Below are positions 1-9,531 of a stretch of DNA of 64,000 bases, piece by piece; position 1 is the first letter of the stretch; each line of letters opens with the position of its first letter. The DNA lies in the NCBI GenBank assembly GCA_017886205.1, contig JAFNEO010000053.1, positions 64,126 to 128,125 of the forward strand. The letters run 5' to 3'. Position numbers and translations under genes: made by a program. Source of the stretch: Candidatus Aminicenantes bacterium (GTDB taxonomy: Bacteria > Acidobacteriota > Aminicenantia > Aminicenantales > UBA8522). The notes beneath the pieces were generated by a model, which saw only the letters and a program-made list of their open reading frames with translations, was not told the DNA's origin and did no database searches.

Positions 1-2
1 AA

Positions 3-470
3 AACGCAGAAAAGGGATTTCGGCTTATTCCTGCGGCCGTTCTGGGGCTTGGCCCTTGGTCAGAACAGGGGAGGCCGCTCAGCGCTGGTGGAGTGAGCTA
101 TTCCAAGACCTTTGGCTTGAGCGCGCCCGACCCCAGGAAAGAGCGAATCATCGTCAGGCTTGGAGAATGGCGCGGATCGGTAGCCGAGGTCAAGGTCGGA
201 GGCAAAAGTGCCGGGTTTATTTTCAGAGCGCCCTTTGAGCTCGACATCACCGATTTTATAAGCACTGGCCAGAACACGGTGAGCATCACCGTCTTCGGGA
301 CGCTGAAGAATACCCTTGGGCCGCATCACAATAACCCGCCCCTGGGCATGGCCTGGCCGGGGATGTTCCAGAAGGGGCCGGAGGGGGGATATCCGCCCGG
401 CTCTGCCTACAGCACCGTCGGCTACGGTCTTTTCCAGGATTTCAAGCTCCTGTCCAGGACCCTCCAATAG
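3..470 (+). CDS. hypothetical protein, C-terminal fragment (5' end lies outside the window)
   Basis: Frame is open from nt 3 with no stop before the listed GTG at 93, so the gene is truncated by the window edge. The translation looks like a real protein but I do not recognise the family. Confidence 0.35.
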   Translation, partial: NAEKGFRLIPAAVLGLGPWSEQGRPLSAGGVSYSKTFGLSAPDPRKERIIVRLGEWRGSVAEVKVGGKSAGFIFRAPFELDITDFISTGQNTVSITVFGTLKNTLGPHHNNPPLGMAWPGMFQKGPEGGYPPGSAYSTVGYGLFQDFKLLSRTLQ

Positions 471-529
471 CTCGATCTTTAATTGTGAAGATGAGGACAG
501 ACAAATAGAAGGGCGTGGGTAACTAGGGG

Positions 530-1165
530 ATGGAACTAGACGCATGGCTGGCCGTGCTTGTGATCTCCATCTCGGCGGCCTTTGCAATCTCGGGGAAATA
601 TCAGAAGTCGAAGTTTATCCATTATGCCTTCAAGCCTCTCACCATGATCATGGTTATTTCCCTGGCCTGGGAACGGGTAACAATTCTTCCATCGGTCTAT
701 GGATACCTCATCCTGTCCGGCCTTTGCCTTTCTCTCGTGGGGGATGTCTTTCTGATGCTGCCGGCCAAGTATTTCCGGCCCGGCCTTCTGGCCTTCCTGG
801 CCGCTCAGGCCCTTTATATTCTGGCTTTTGGCCGCGGGCTTAAGGCCTTTGCCCTTTTTCCGTTTCTTGTTATCCTTGGTTACACCGGGCTAGTATTTTT
901 ATTTCTATACCGGAGCCTCGGCAAGTACCGATGGCCTGTTTTGGGTTACATCCTGGCCATCTCGGGCATGGCCTGGCTCGCGGTCAGCCGGCATCTGGGA
1001 CTTCTCGATCAGAGCAGCCTGCTGGCTATGGTCGGCGCGCTTCTCTTCCTGTTCTCCGATTCTGTCAATGCCGTCAACCGTTTCAAGAAGCCCTTTTGGC
1101 TGGCCCAAATCCTGATCCTGGGGACATATTTTGCGGCCCAGCTTCTATTTGCCTTATCAATCTAG
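530..1165 (+). CDS. YhhN-family integral membrane protein (lysoplasmalogenase-like)
   Basis: ATG start. ~211 aa, about seven hydrophobic helices, with the size and helix pattern typical of YhhN/TMEM86. Confidence 0.5.
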   Translation: MELDAWLAVLVISISAAFAISGKYQKSKFIHYAFKPLTMIMVISLAWERVTILPSVYGYLILSGLCLSLVGDVFLMLPAKYFRPGLLAFLAAQALYILAFGRGLKAFALFPFLVILGYTGLVFLFLYRSLGKYRWPVLGYILAISGMAWLAVSRHLGLLDQSSLLAMVGALLFLFSDSVNAVNRFKKPFWLAQILILGTYFAAQLLFALSI

Positions 1166-1881
1166 GTCCCTGAAACGCCAATCGGCCTCTCGGCGAGAGT
1201 AGACAGCCAGCGGTGAAGGGGCGCCAAAGGCTTGAACTTTTCGAAACAGTAATCCACGAGGCCGGGGGTAAAGAGCTCGTCAGGGACGGTCGTCTCCCAT
1301 CCGGCGTGCAGGCCGTTGTGGAGGAGTAGGGGGGCGTTTGGATGGATAGGGTCGTATCCGGACGGCACTCGTTTGTAGTGTCTGCCACCGATCTCGAAAT
1401 CCGTTGTCCCGGCGATTTTCTTGAGGATGGAGGCCAGCTCCTTTCCGTACTTGGGATGCAGAACAGCCGTTCTGTAGCGCTCCAGCAGCCAGTCCGGGAA
1501 CATGTAGTATCCCCCGCCGAGCAGGAAGGTCGGCGGCTCGAGGTGGACATAGAAGCCGGGACTCTCCATCCGGGAGCGGGGCCCTTCCCAAAAATAGATG
1601 CCCAGGTTGGCCTTATACGGAGACTTGTCGAGGCTGAAGCGGGTATCGCGGTTAAGGCGAAAGATGGATTTATTGACCTTGGGAGCGGCCACGATGTTCG
1701 GGGAAATTTTTTTGAGCCGCTGGCCCAAGGCCACGACAAAGGCTTTCTCCGGCTCCAGGACGTGCTTCTCGTAGATTTCTCTGTGTGACTCAAACCAGTC
1801 CCTGCTATTGTTCCTCTTAAGCCCCCGGAAGAACGCGACCGTCTCTTTGCTGAATCCCCGGAAGTCGGACACCTCTGACAT
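1162..1881 (-). CDS. DUF2461 (TIGR02453) family protein
   Basis: ATG at 1881 preceded by AAAGGAGAAG. The N-terminal FSKETVAFFRGLKRNNSRDWFESHREIYEKHV segment is characteristic of the TIGR02453 family. A 4-nt overlap with the preceding gene's end is coincidental, since the two are convergent. Confidence 0.7.
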   Translation of the reverse strand: MSEVSDFRGFSKETVAFFRGLKRNNSRDWFESHREIYEKHVLEPEKAFVVALGQRLKKISPNIVAAPKVNKSIFRLNRDTRFSLDKSPYKANLGIYFWEGPRSRMESPGFYVHLEPPTFLLGGGYYMFPDWLLERYRTAVLHPKYGKELASILKKIAGTTDFEIGGRHYKRVPSGYDPIHPNAPLLLHNGLHAGWETTVPDELFTPGLVDYCFEKFKPLAPLHRWLSTLAERPIGVSGT

Positions 1882-2111
1882 AGGCTTCTCCTTTCTCCGC
1901 TATCATACATATTTCCTGTATCCCCCGCACCCACTCATAATCTTTTTTTGCCAGAGACAAAGGCCCACTGGTGATAAATCCGTTTGAGAGTGAAGCGGGA
2001 AGGGATTCTTTTTTTTAGTTATTAAGGCAAGGGGGAGTGCATACGAAAGCCCTCCGCAGCGCAGCGGGCACGGTTCTGCTATATTACCCGAGCCTCCCCC
2101 GAGCCTCTCGA

Positions 2112-2146
2112 GTTGACAGGACTGGCGGCATTCGATATAAGTCTTT
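2112..2146 (+). promoter_or_regulatory. sigma70-like promoter (TTGACA-N17-TATAAG) upstream of the DUF1846 gene
   Basis: Read directly: ttgacaggactggcggcattcgatataag, then a GGATGAGG RBS, then ATG at 2167. Confidence 0.4.
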
Positions 2147-2166
2147 TAGCTGGATGAGGCGATGAT

Positions 2167-3684
2167 ATGACGGGAAAGACCGGCTTCGATAACGAACGCT
2201 ACCTAGCGCTGCAGACAGACGCCATCCTGAAAAGGGTCGAGAAATACAACAATAAGCTCTACCTCGAGTTCGGGGGCAAGCTTCTCTACGATTATCACGC
2301 CGCCCGCGTCCTTCCCGGCTATGATCCGAACGTCAAGATGCGGCTGCTCCAGAAGCTCAGAGACCGGGCCGACGTCCTGCTGTGTATTTACGCGGGCGAT
2401 ATCGAGAAGAGGAAGCTCCGGGCGGATTTCGGCATCACCTACGATGTCGATGCCCTCAAGCTCATCGACGATTTGGCCGATTGGGGCGTCGGGGTGACCG
2501 GTGTCGTGATCACCCGTTTCGATGAACAGGCCTCGGCCAGGATCTTCAAGAACAAGCTGGAGCGCCGGGGGATACGTGTCTACACTCATCGCTTCACCCG
2601 GGGTTACCCCACCGACGTGGACCTCATCGTCAGCGATGAAGGCTACGGCGCCAACGAGCACATCGAGACCCTCCGGCCCTTGGTCATCGTCACGGGGCCT
2701 GGTCCGGGGAGCGGCAAGCTGGCCACCTGCCTCTCCCAGCTCTATCATGACCATAAGAAGGGACTCAAGTCCGGCTATGCCAAGTTTGAAACCTTTCCCA
2801 TCTGGAACCTGCCTCTCAAGCATCCGGTAAATGTCGCTTACGAAGCGGCCACGGCCGATATCGGGGACTTCAACTTGGTCGACCCGTTCCATCTCGAAGC
2901 CTACGGCCAGTTGTCGGTCAACTACAATCGCGATGTCGAGGTTTTCCCGGTGCTGAGGAGGATTCTAGAGAAGATCACCCACGAGCAGTCTATGTACAAA
3001 TCGCCGACAGATATGGGGGTCAACTGCGCCGGGTTTGCCATTACCGATGACCATCTGATCCGGGACGCGGCTAAGCAGGAGCTCGTCCGGCGGTATTTCC
3101 GCTACCGCTGCGAGTACGCCCTCGGGTTTGTCGATAAAGACACCGTCCAAAGGGCGGAGCTCCTGATGAAAGAGCTCGGTGTCGACGCGGAGAACCGCCT
3201 TGTGGTCACTCCCGCCAGGCAGGCGGCGGAGGAGGCCCGGGAGAGCGGCAAAGGGAACAATGGAGTCTTCTGCGGGGCGGCGATCGAGCTCCGCGACGGC
3301 TCCATCGCTACCGGGAAGAACTCCCCGCTCATGCACGCGGCCTCGAGCCTCATCCTGAACGCCATCAAGAAGCTGGCCGAAGTCCCAGACCGGATCCATC
3401 TCCTCTCGCCGGCCATCATCGACTCCATCCGGAACCTCAAGCAGAATATCCTGGGCGCTAAGGCGGTGAGCTTGGATGTCGAGGAAGTCTTGATCTGTCT
3501 CAGCATCAACGCTTCCACTAATCCGACCGCCCAGATTGCCCTGGAAAAACTGACCGAAATCCGGGGCTGCGAGGTCCATCTGACCCACATCCCGACTCCC
3601 GGCGACGAGATGGGGCTGCGGAGGCTCGGCGTCAACCTGACCAGCGACCCCACTTTCTCGAGCAAGAATCTGTTCGTCCATTGA
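2167..3684 (+). CDS. DUF1846 (UPF0371) family protein
   Basis: 505 aa. N-terminal ERYLALQ...KLYLEFGGKLLYDYHAARVLPGYDPN is typical of DUF1846 proteins. Confidence 0.6.
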   Translation: MTGKTGFDNERYLALQTDAILKRVEKYNNKLYLEFGGKLLYDYHAARVLPGYDPNVKMRLLQKLRDRADVLLCIYAGDIEKRKLRADFGITYDVDALKLIDDLADWGVGVTGVVITRFDEQASARIFKNKLERRGIRVYTHRFTRGYPTDVDLIVSDEGYGANEHIETLRPLVIVTGPGPGSGKLATCLSQLYHDHKKGLKSGYAKFETFPIWNLPLKHPVNVAYEAATADIGDFNLVDPFHLEAYGQLSVNYNRDVEVFPVLRRILEKITHEQSMYKSPTDMGVNCAGFAITDDHLIRDAAKQELVRRYFRYRCEYALGFVDKDTVQRAELLMKELGVDAENRLVVTPARQAAEEARESGKGNNGVFCGAAIELRDGSIATGKNSPLMHAASSLILNAIKKLAEVPDRIHLLSPAIIDSIRNLKQNILGAKAVSLDVEEVLICLSINASTNPTAQIALEKLTEIRGCEVHLTHIPTPGDEMGLRRLGVNLTSDPTFSSKNLFVH

Positions 3685-3786
3685 ATAAAGGAATGGAGTC
3701 AAGCCTCCGCTCTCACGATATCGACGAACGAGGTAGTCCGACTCGGGTGATTGACCAGATGCTTTGACGGAAGGAGAGGGGAAGTC

Positions 3787-5544
3787 ATGATCAGCCACAG
3801 AAAGAATGCCGTTATTTTCCTGGCTGTCCTGTGCATCATCAGCTTCGGAATCGGCGGCCGTTTGGCAACGGCCGAAAAGCCTGAATGCCGCCTCCGTTTC
3901 GGTGTCCAGTTTCCCGCTGAGCGGTCGAAAACACCGCTCGACGGCCGGATGCTACTCCTGGTTTCCTCAGATGAATCGGCCGAGCCCCGCTACCAAATCG
4001 GCGACGGGCCGAACACCCAGATGGCCTTCGGTCTTGACGTGGACGGACTCAAGCCCGGAGAGCCGGCCGTCTTTGACCGAACCGCATTCGGTTATCCGCT
4101 GAAAAGCCTGGCCGACCTCCCGGCCGGAGAATACTGGGTTCAAGCTGTGCTCAACCGGTACGAGACATTCCATCTGGCCAGCGGGCATACGGTCAAGCTC
4201 CCTCCCGATAAGGGAGAAGGACAGCGGTGGAGCGCCAAACCGGGAAATCTCTACAGCCAGCCGGTAAAGATGAGCCTGGACCCGGCGAGGGACGAGATCA
4301 TCCGGGTCGTCATAGACCAGGAGATCCCGCCCATCCCCGACGCGCCGGAGACGAAATATATCAAGCACATCAAGATCCAGAGCGAGCGTCTGACCAAGTT
4401 CTGGGGCCGGCCGATGTCCCTTGGCGCCAATGTCCTCGTCCCCGAGGGGTTCGACCAGCATCCGGAAGCCCGCTATCCGCTGATCATCAACCACGGTCAT
4501 TTTCCCTATACTTTCGAAGGTTTCCGCGAAACACCGCCCGATCCAGACCTCAAGCCGGACTATTCCCCCCGGTTCAGAATCACCGGCTACAACAAAATCC
4601 AGCAGGAATATGCCTACGAGTTCTATAAATACTGGATTGCCGGGGAGACACCTCGTTTCCTGATCGTCGAGATCCAGCACGCCAACCCCTACTACGATGA
4701 TTCCTACGCCGTAAACTCGGCTAATCTGGGCCCGTACGGAGACGCCATCACCACCGAGCTCATCCCGGCGATCGAGAAGAAGTTCCGCGGCATCGGCCAG
4801 GGCTGGGCCCGGTTCCTCTACGGCGGGTCCACGGGCGGGTGGGAAGCGCTCGGAGTCCAAGTCTTCTATCCCGATGAATACAACGGCTGCTGGGCGGCCT
4901 GCCCGGACCCGATCGACTTCAGGGCCTATACGATCGTCAACATCTACGAGCACAAGAACGCCTATTATGTGGACAGCCGTTGGAAGAAAACTCCGCGGCC
5001 GGGGCAGCGGAACTACCTGGGCGAAGTGAGCACGACGGTCGAGGACTCCAACCATCGCGAGCTCGTCATGGGAACGCATTCTCGGTCCGGCGACCAGTAT
5101 GACATCTGGGAGGCCGTCTTTTCACCGGTCGGCGAGGACGGCTACCCGAAGCGGATCTGGGACAAGATGACCGGCGAGATCGACCCGGCCGTCGCGCGGT
5201 ATTGGAAGGAGAACTACGACCTCCGCTACATCCTGGAACGCGACTGGAGGACGCTCGGGCCCAAACTCAAAGGAAAGATCCATATCTATTGCGGCGACAT
5301 GGACAATTACTACCTCAACAACGCCGTCTATCTGATGGAGGATTTCCTGAAGAAAACTCAGGACCCTTACTATGACGGAGAAGTCGACTACGGTGACCGG
5401 GCCGAGCACTGCTGGAATGGAGACCACACTCGGCCGAACGCCATCTCGCGGCTGCGCTACCACCAGATCCACATCCCCAAGATCATGGCCCGGATAGAGA
5501 AATCGGCGCCCCCGGGCGCAGACCTGACCAGCTGGAGGTATTGA
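3787..5544 (+). CDS. secreted alpha/beta-hydrolase (putative esterase family)
   Basis: I moved the start to the ATG at 3787 (GGAAGGAGAGGGG RBS), which gives an N-terminal signal peptide MISHRKNAVIFLAVLCIISFGIGGRLATA. A GGSTGG (GxSxGG) nucleophile-elbow motif is present. Confidence 0.6.
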   Translation: MISHRKNAVIFLAVLCIISFGIGGRLATAEKPECRLRFGVQFPAERSKTPLDGRMLLLVSSDESAEPRYQIGDGPNTQMAFGLDVDGLKPGEPAVFDRTAFGYPLKSLADLPAGEYWVQAVLNRYETFHLASGHTVKLPPDKGEGQRWSAKPGNLYSQPVKMSLDPARDEIIRVVIDQEIPPIPDAPETKYIKHIKIQSERLTKFWGRPMSLGANVLVPEGFDQHPEARYPLIINHGHFPYTFEGFRETPPDPDLKPDYSPRFRITGYNKIQQEYAYEFYKYWIAGETPRFLIVEIQHANPYYDDSYAVNSANLGPYGDAITTELIPAIEKKFRGIGQGWARFLYGGSTGGWEALGVQVFYPDEYNGCWAACPDPIDFRAYTIVNIYEHKNAYYVDSRWKKTPRPGQRNYLGEVSTTVEDSNHRELVMGTHSRSGDQYDIWEAVFSPVGEDGYPKRIWDKMTGEIDPAVARYWKENYDLRYILERDWRTLGPKLKGKIHIYCGDMDNYYLNNAVYLMEDFLKKTQDPYYDGEVDYGDRAEHCWNGDHTRPNAISRLRYHQIHIPKIMARIEKSAPPGADLTSWRY

Positions 5545-5546
5545 CG

Positions 5547-6035
5547 ATGACGGACGGACACCGCGCTTATTACCGTTCTCCGATCGGAGTCATCGAAATA
5601 GTCGGGACCGAGGAGGGCGTCACGGCGGTGAATTTTGTTCGCCACAAGCCGTGCGGTGCGACCCGGCCGGACCATGCATTAAGGGCGGCGGTCGCGCAGC
5701 TCAACGAATACTTCCGGGGAAAGAGGAAGGAATTTTCGTTGGACCTGCTCCTTGAGGGGACAGAGTTTCAGAAAAAAGCTTGGCGGGAGCTGGTCCGGAT
5801 CCCGTATGGGGAGACTGCCTCTTATGGGCAAGTGGCGAGGGCGGTGGGAAGACCAAAGGCCGGGCGGGCCGTCGGCCAGGCCAACCACAGGAATCCCATT
5901 TCCATCATCATTCCCTGCCACCGAGTTATCGGCGGCGACGGCCGGCTGGTCGGGTATGGAGGCGGTCTCTGGCGGAAAGAATGGCTTCTCGCCCACGAAC
6001 GAAAGTCCGTTTTTCGGGCGAGAGTGGTACGCTAG
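5547..6035 (+). CDS. ogt: methylated-DNA--protein-cysteine methyltransferase
   Basis: PCHRVIG active-site motif and helix-turn-helix region (IPYGETASYGQVARAVG). The ORF track starts at a TTG (5541); the ATG at 5547 with a GGAGG RBS is preferred. Confidence 0.9.
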   Translation: MTDGHRAYYRSPIGVIEIVGTEEGVTAVNFVRHKPCGATRPDHALRAAVAQLNEYFRGKRKEFSLDLLLEGTEFQKKAWRELVRIPYGETASYGQVARAVGRPKAGRAVGQANHRNPISIIIPCHRVIGGDGRLVGYGGGLWRKEWLLAHERKSVFRARVVR

Positions 6036-6051
6036 GAAGGAGGGGAGGAAC

Positions 6052-6573
6052 ATGAAACTGAGAATCTTAGTGATCCTCGTCTGCGTCCTGATCGCGGGAC
6101 TGATGATGTCCTGTTCCAGGCCGTCGGCCAAAGACGTTGTGATCAAGAAATATTCCGGCGATAGCCTGGACGGCATTATTCAGCTTTCGGGCATCGAAAT
6201 CGACGCCCGGGTGAAAAGCGAGGGGAAGGGGTCCTTGAAGATCAGCCTGACCGAGCCTTCGGTCATCTGCCTGTTTGAAACGGGGGACCTGGATATCGAG
6301 GAGGCCACTCTCGTCTATCAGGCCAAGCTGCGGACAGAGGGGATACAGGGCAGGGTCTACTTGGAGATGTGGTGCCATTTTGAGGGCAAGGGAGAGTTCT
6401 TCTCCCGCGGCCTCGATTCTGCCCTTAGCGGGACGAATAATTGGACTTCGATGGAGATCCCGTCTTTCCTGAAGGCCGGAGAAAACCCAGATAATGTGAA
6501 ACTGAACGTCGTCGGCGAGGGCACCGGCACCGTTTGGGTGGACGGCATCCGCTTGCTGAAGAGACCGTTATAA
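6052..6573 (+). CDS. putative lipoprotein or secreted protein
   Basis: Internal ATG at 6052 preceded by AGGAAGGAGGGGAGG. Signal peptide MKLRILVILVCVLIAGLMMSC with a Cys that could be lipidated. The longer track ORF (5752) overlaps ogt and is rejected. Confidence 0.5.
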   Translation: MKLRILVILVCVLIAGLMMSCSRPSAKDVVIKKYSGDSLDGIIQLSGIEIDARVKSEGKGSLKISLTEPSVICLFETGDLDIEEATLVYQAKLRTEGIQGRVYLEMWCHFEGKGEFFSRGLDSALSGTNNWTSMEIPSFLKAGENPDNVKLNVVGEGTGTVWVDGIRLLKRPL

Positions 6574-6603
6574 GGAGGTTCCCCTATCCTCAAGTCCAAT
6601 CCC

Positions 6604-7578
6604 TTGCCCTGGCTCCTCGAAACGGACAACTCCTCGGTTCGCTACATTGTCCTGAACGAGCTCATGGGTCTCCCGGCTTCCCATCCCGAGGCCGCCGAAG
6701 CGAAAGCGGACATCATGAAAAAGGGTCCAGTCCCCAAGATTCTGGCGAGCCAAAGGAAAAAGAGGTATTGGGGGACGAAAGAGGATTTCTACGTCCGGGC
6801 CAAGTATAGGGGGACGGTCTGGCAGGTCATCATCCTGGCCGAGCTGGGTGCCGATGGAAACGATGACCGGATCAGAAAAGCTTGTGAGTTTATAATCGAT
6901 ATCAGCCAGGACCGGCAGAGCGGCGGATTCTGCTATCGCGGGAACCAGATAAGCGGTGGCTTCCACAGCTGCGTTTTGCCCTGTCTCACGGGTAACATGG
7001 TTTGGAGCCTCCTGCGCTTTGGTTATTTTGGTGATTCCCGGGTTCAGCGGGGGATCGACTGGATAACTTCCTATCAGCGCTTTGATGACGGAGAGGACGG
7101 CGCTCCAAAAGGCTGGCCCTACGAGAAAAGAGAAGCCTGCTGGGGTAAGCACACCTGCTTGATGGGTGTTGTCAAGACCCTTAGGGCTTTGGCCGAGATC
7201 CCTGAAAAGGGGCGGTCATTCGAGGTCACGCTAGCGATCGAACAGGGATCAGAATATCTCCTCCGGCACCATCTCTACAAAAGGAGCCATGACCTGTCCA
7301 AGGCGGCCAAGCCCAAATGGCTGAAGTTCGGTTTTCCCACCATTTGGGACAGCGACGCTCTGGAAGTCCTGATGTTATTGACCCGGCTGGGATACAGGGA
7401 TCCCCGAATGGAAGAGGCGGTCGAACTCGTCCTGACGAAGCAGAACGACCAGGGACAATGGATGCTGGAAAACACGTTTAATGGCCGGGTGCAGGTGAAT
7501 ATTGAGAAGAAGGGGAAACCCAGCAAGTGGGTCACTCTGAACGCGCTGCGAGCCCTGACGGCTTATTTCGGATCATGA
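6604..7578 (+). CDS. hypothetical protein with a QW-type motif (prenyltransferase/terpene-cyclase-like alpha/alpha-toroid repeat suspected)
   Basis: 324 aa. QNDQGQW (QxxxGxW) motif. The start is uncertain: TTG at 6604 with no nearby SD, and the ORF sits in the same frame as the upstream lipoprotein gene, separated by one TAA. Confidence 0.4.
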   Translation: MPWLLETDNSSVRYIVLNELMGLPASHPEAAEAKADIMKKGPVPKILASQRKKRYWGTKEDFYVRAKYRGTVWQVIILAELGADGNDDRIRKACEFIIDISQDRQSGGFCYRGNQISGGFHSCVLPCLTGNMVWSLLRFGYFGDSRVQRGIDWITSYQRFDDGEDGAPKGWPYEKREACWGKHTCLMGVVKTLRALAEIPEKGRSFEVTLAIEQGSEYLLRHHLYKRSHDLSKAAKPKWLKFGFPTIWDSDALEVLMLLTRLGYRDPRMEEAVELVLTKQNDQGQWMLENTFNGRVQVNIEKKGKPSKWVTLNALRALTAYFGS

Positions 7579-7591
7579 AAACGGACTGACC

Positions 7592-8512
7592 ATGACCCAA
7601 CACGATCTGTGCCTGGCCTGGAACTGGGAATACGACGCCGATTTCGTGGCCATCCTGGAGGCCGCCTGTTCGACTCGAGGCCTCGGCCTCTGGCAGGTCA
7701 CTCCGGCCAACCTCTCCGCAGCCCTCGATGCACTCTCTGCGGCCGGGTCGACGTTCTCTGTATTCCTGGACAGGGCATCGGAGTCCGATCCCTGTTTCGT
7801 CCCCCTGGTCGAATGGGCGGCCGAACATGAGATCTTCGAGATAAACGCCCACAAACGGGCCGCCCATGCCGTCAACAAGGCCTCGATGCACCTGGAATTC
7901 ATTACCGCCGGGATTCACACTCCTTACACCATCATCCTGCCCCCCCACAGCCGACAGCCCGATGTTTCCCCTTTGGACCTCAGCCCTTTGGGCGAGAAAT
8001 TCATCGTCAAACCGGCCCACGGAGGAGGGGGCGAAGGTGTCGTCCTCGAGGTCTCAACCTTCGGCCAGGTCCTCGAGGTGCGGCAAGCCCATCCTCAGGA
8101 CTATTATCTGCTCCAAACCCATATCACGCCCGTCCAAATGGCCGGCCGGCCGGCCTGGTTTCGGGTGCTCTTCTGTGGAGGTAGGGTCTATCCCTTCTGG
8201 TGGGATATGGCGACACATGTCTATGTGCCGGTCAGAGAGGAAGACGATAGGCGATTCGGTCTAGAGCCGGTCGCGTCCACGACTCTGACCATCGCCCGGA
8301 TCTGCGGCCTGGACCTTTTCTCCACAGAGATAGCCTTGACCGCGTCCGGCCTCTTCGTGGTCGTGGATTACGTCAACAACCCGATCGATCTGCGGCCTCA
8401 ATCTGCGGCCAGTGACGGTGTGCCCGACGAGATCGTGCGTGACATCGCCGCTAGGCTGGCCGACTTCGTGCTTCAGCATCGTCTAGGAAAGGCCCCGGCT
8501 GAAGGCCCATAG
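7592..8512 (+). CDS. ATP-grasp domain protein (RimK/glutathione-synthetase-like fold)
   Basis: KPAHGGGGEGVVL glycine-rich ATP-binding loop and overall ATP-grasp organisation. ATG start. Confidence 0.6.
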   Translation: MTQHDLCLAWNWEYDADFVAILEAACSTRGLGLWQVTPANLSAALDALSAAGSTFSVFLDRASESDPCFVPLVEWAAEHEIFEINAHKRAAHAVNKASMHLEFITAGIHTPYTIILPPHSRQPDVSPLDLSPLGEKFIVKPAHGGGGEGVVLEVSTFGQVLEVRQAHPQDYYLLQTHITPVQMAGRPAWFRVLFCGGRVYPFWWDMATHVYVPVREEDDRRFGLEPVASTTLTIARICGLDLFSTEIALTASGLFVVVDYVNNPIDLRPQSAASDGVPDEIVRDIAARLADFVLQHRLGKAPAEGP

Positions 8513-9526
8513 GCAATCGATGACGTCCCTATGGCTGAGAGCTGTCCCATCCTGGGGCGAGTCGATGATCCGGTAGTTGAAGAAAGGGCAATTGCCTTCG
8601 TACCAGCGGTGGACTAAGGGTTTGCCTTCAGCCTCTCGTTCTTGGGCTTCTTTTTGATTGAGGAGTCCGCCCAAACCACGGAGGTTAACGCCCATTTCCG
8701 GGTCGACGCCGAGGATGTATCTCGGGCCGCCGAAACTTGTGACCAGAAGAGAGAAGCCCTTCCTCTGGGCCGATTGGTTCAGGTCACGCCGGGACCATTC
8801 CTTGAGGAGGAAGCTCGTGGGATTCCGGACGATCAGGCCGTCCACCCGCCGTCGTCCTGTTTGGTCCGAGAGGGGAAGGTCCACGACGATTTTTTCCGCC
8901 CGGCCAAGGTCATCGAGGTATTGAAAATAATCGTTCTCGACCTTGCGCATCGCCCGCTCGTAGCGGTCGATCCCCGAGAATAGGCGGCGGTTCTCCTCGA
9001 TCTCATAGCCTTCTTCAGATTTGGCATAAAGAAAGCGCATGAATCTCAGGCCCTCGGCCAGGCGTTCTCGGTTGATCTCGGCCTCCTCTTTCCTAACCCC
9101 GGAGAAGAGGGCGCGCAGGATGGAATAGGGTGTTGACGACAGTTCGATCTCTTTGGGTAGGGATGCCGAATCGACCATCCGTGTGTAGCGGGCGATCCTT
9201 TCAAGCGAAGGGTCGATCCTCCGCGTCTCCAGGAGTTTTAGGGTCATGAAGATCGAGGCGAGAGAGTCGAAATCAGGCAACCGATGGGTGATGACGCGGA
9301 GGGGAGGTAAGGAGCCCTCCTGCGCGGACGCTCGAAACAAGCGGAGATGGTCGAGGACGAGCTCCGGATGCTTTAAGATTAGAGAAGCCGTACATTCGGG
9401 TTCGGCTTCCGGATGGTGGTGGTCGATGACTCCGGGGACCGTTTTCATGCCCACGTCCAAGACGATCGTCGCCGGCTGCGGCTCGAACCGTTCTCCGTAT
9501 GGGACGAACTCATAGATGATGTCCAT
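8483..9526 (-). CDS. hypothetical protein
   Basis: The track start is a TTG at 9535 overlapping the mutY stop. The ATG at 9526 (MDIIYEF...) is preferred. No family recognised. Confidence 0.4.
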   Translation of the reverse strand: MDIIYEFVPYGERFEPQPATIVLDVGMKTVPGVIDHHHPEAEPECTASLILKHPELVLDHLRLFRASAQEGSLPPLRVITHRLPDFDSLASIFMTLKLLETRRIDPSLERIARYTRMVDSASLPKEIELSSTPYSILRALFSGVRKEEAEINRERLAEGLRFMRFLYAKSEEGYEIEENRRLFSGIDRYERAMRKVENDYFQYLDDLGRAEKIVVDLPLSDQTGRRRVDGLIVRNPTSFLLKEWSRRDLNQSAQRKGFSLLVTSFGGPRYILGVDPEMGVNLRGLGGLLNQKEAQEREAEGKPLVHRWYEGNCPFFNYRIIDSPQDGTALSHRDVIDCLWAFSRGLS

Positions 9527-9531
9527 TCTCT

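Noticed and set aside
5752-6051. Track ORF 5752-6573 as a 273-aa protein
   Set aside because: Its first 100 codons overlap ogt in another frame. The signal peptide and RBS point to the internal ATG at 6052.
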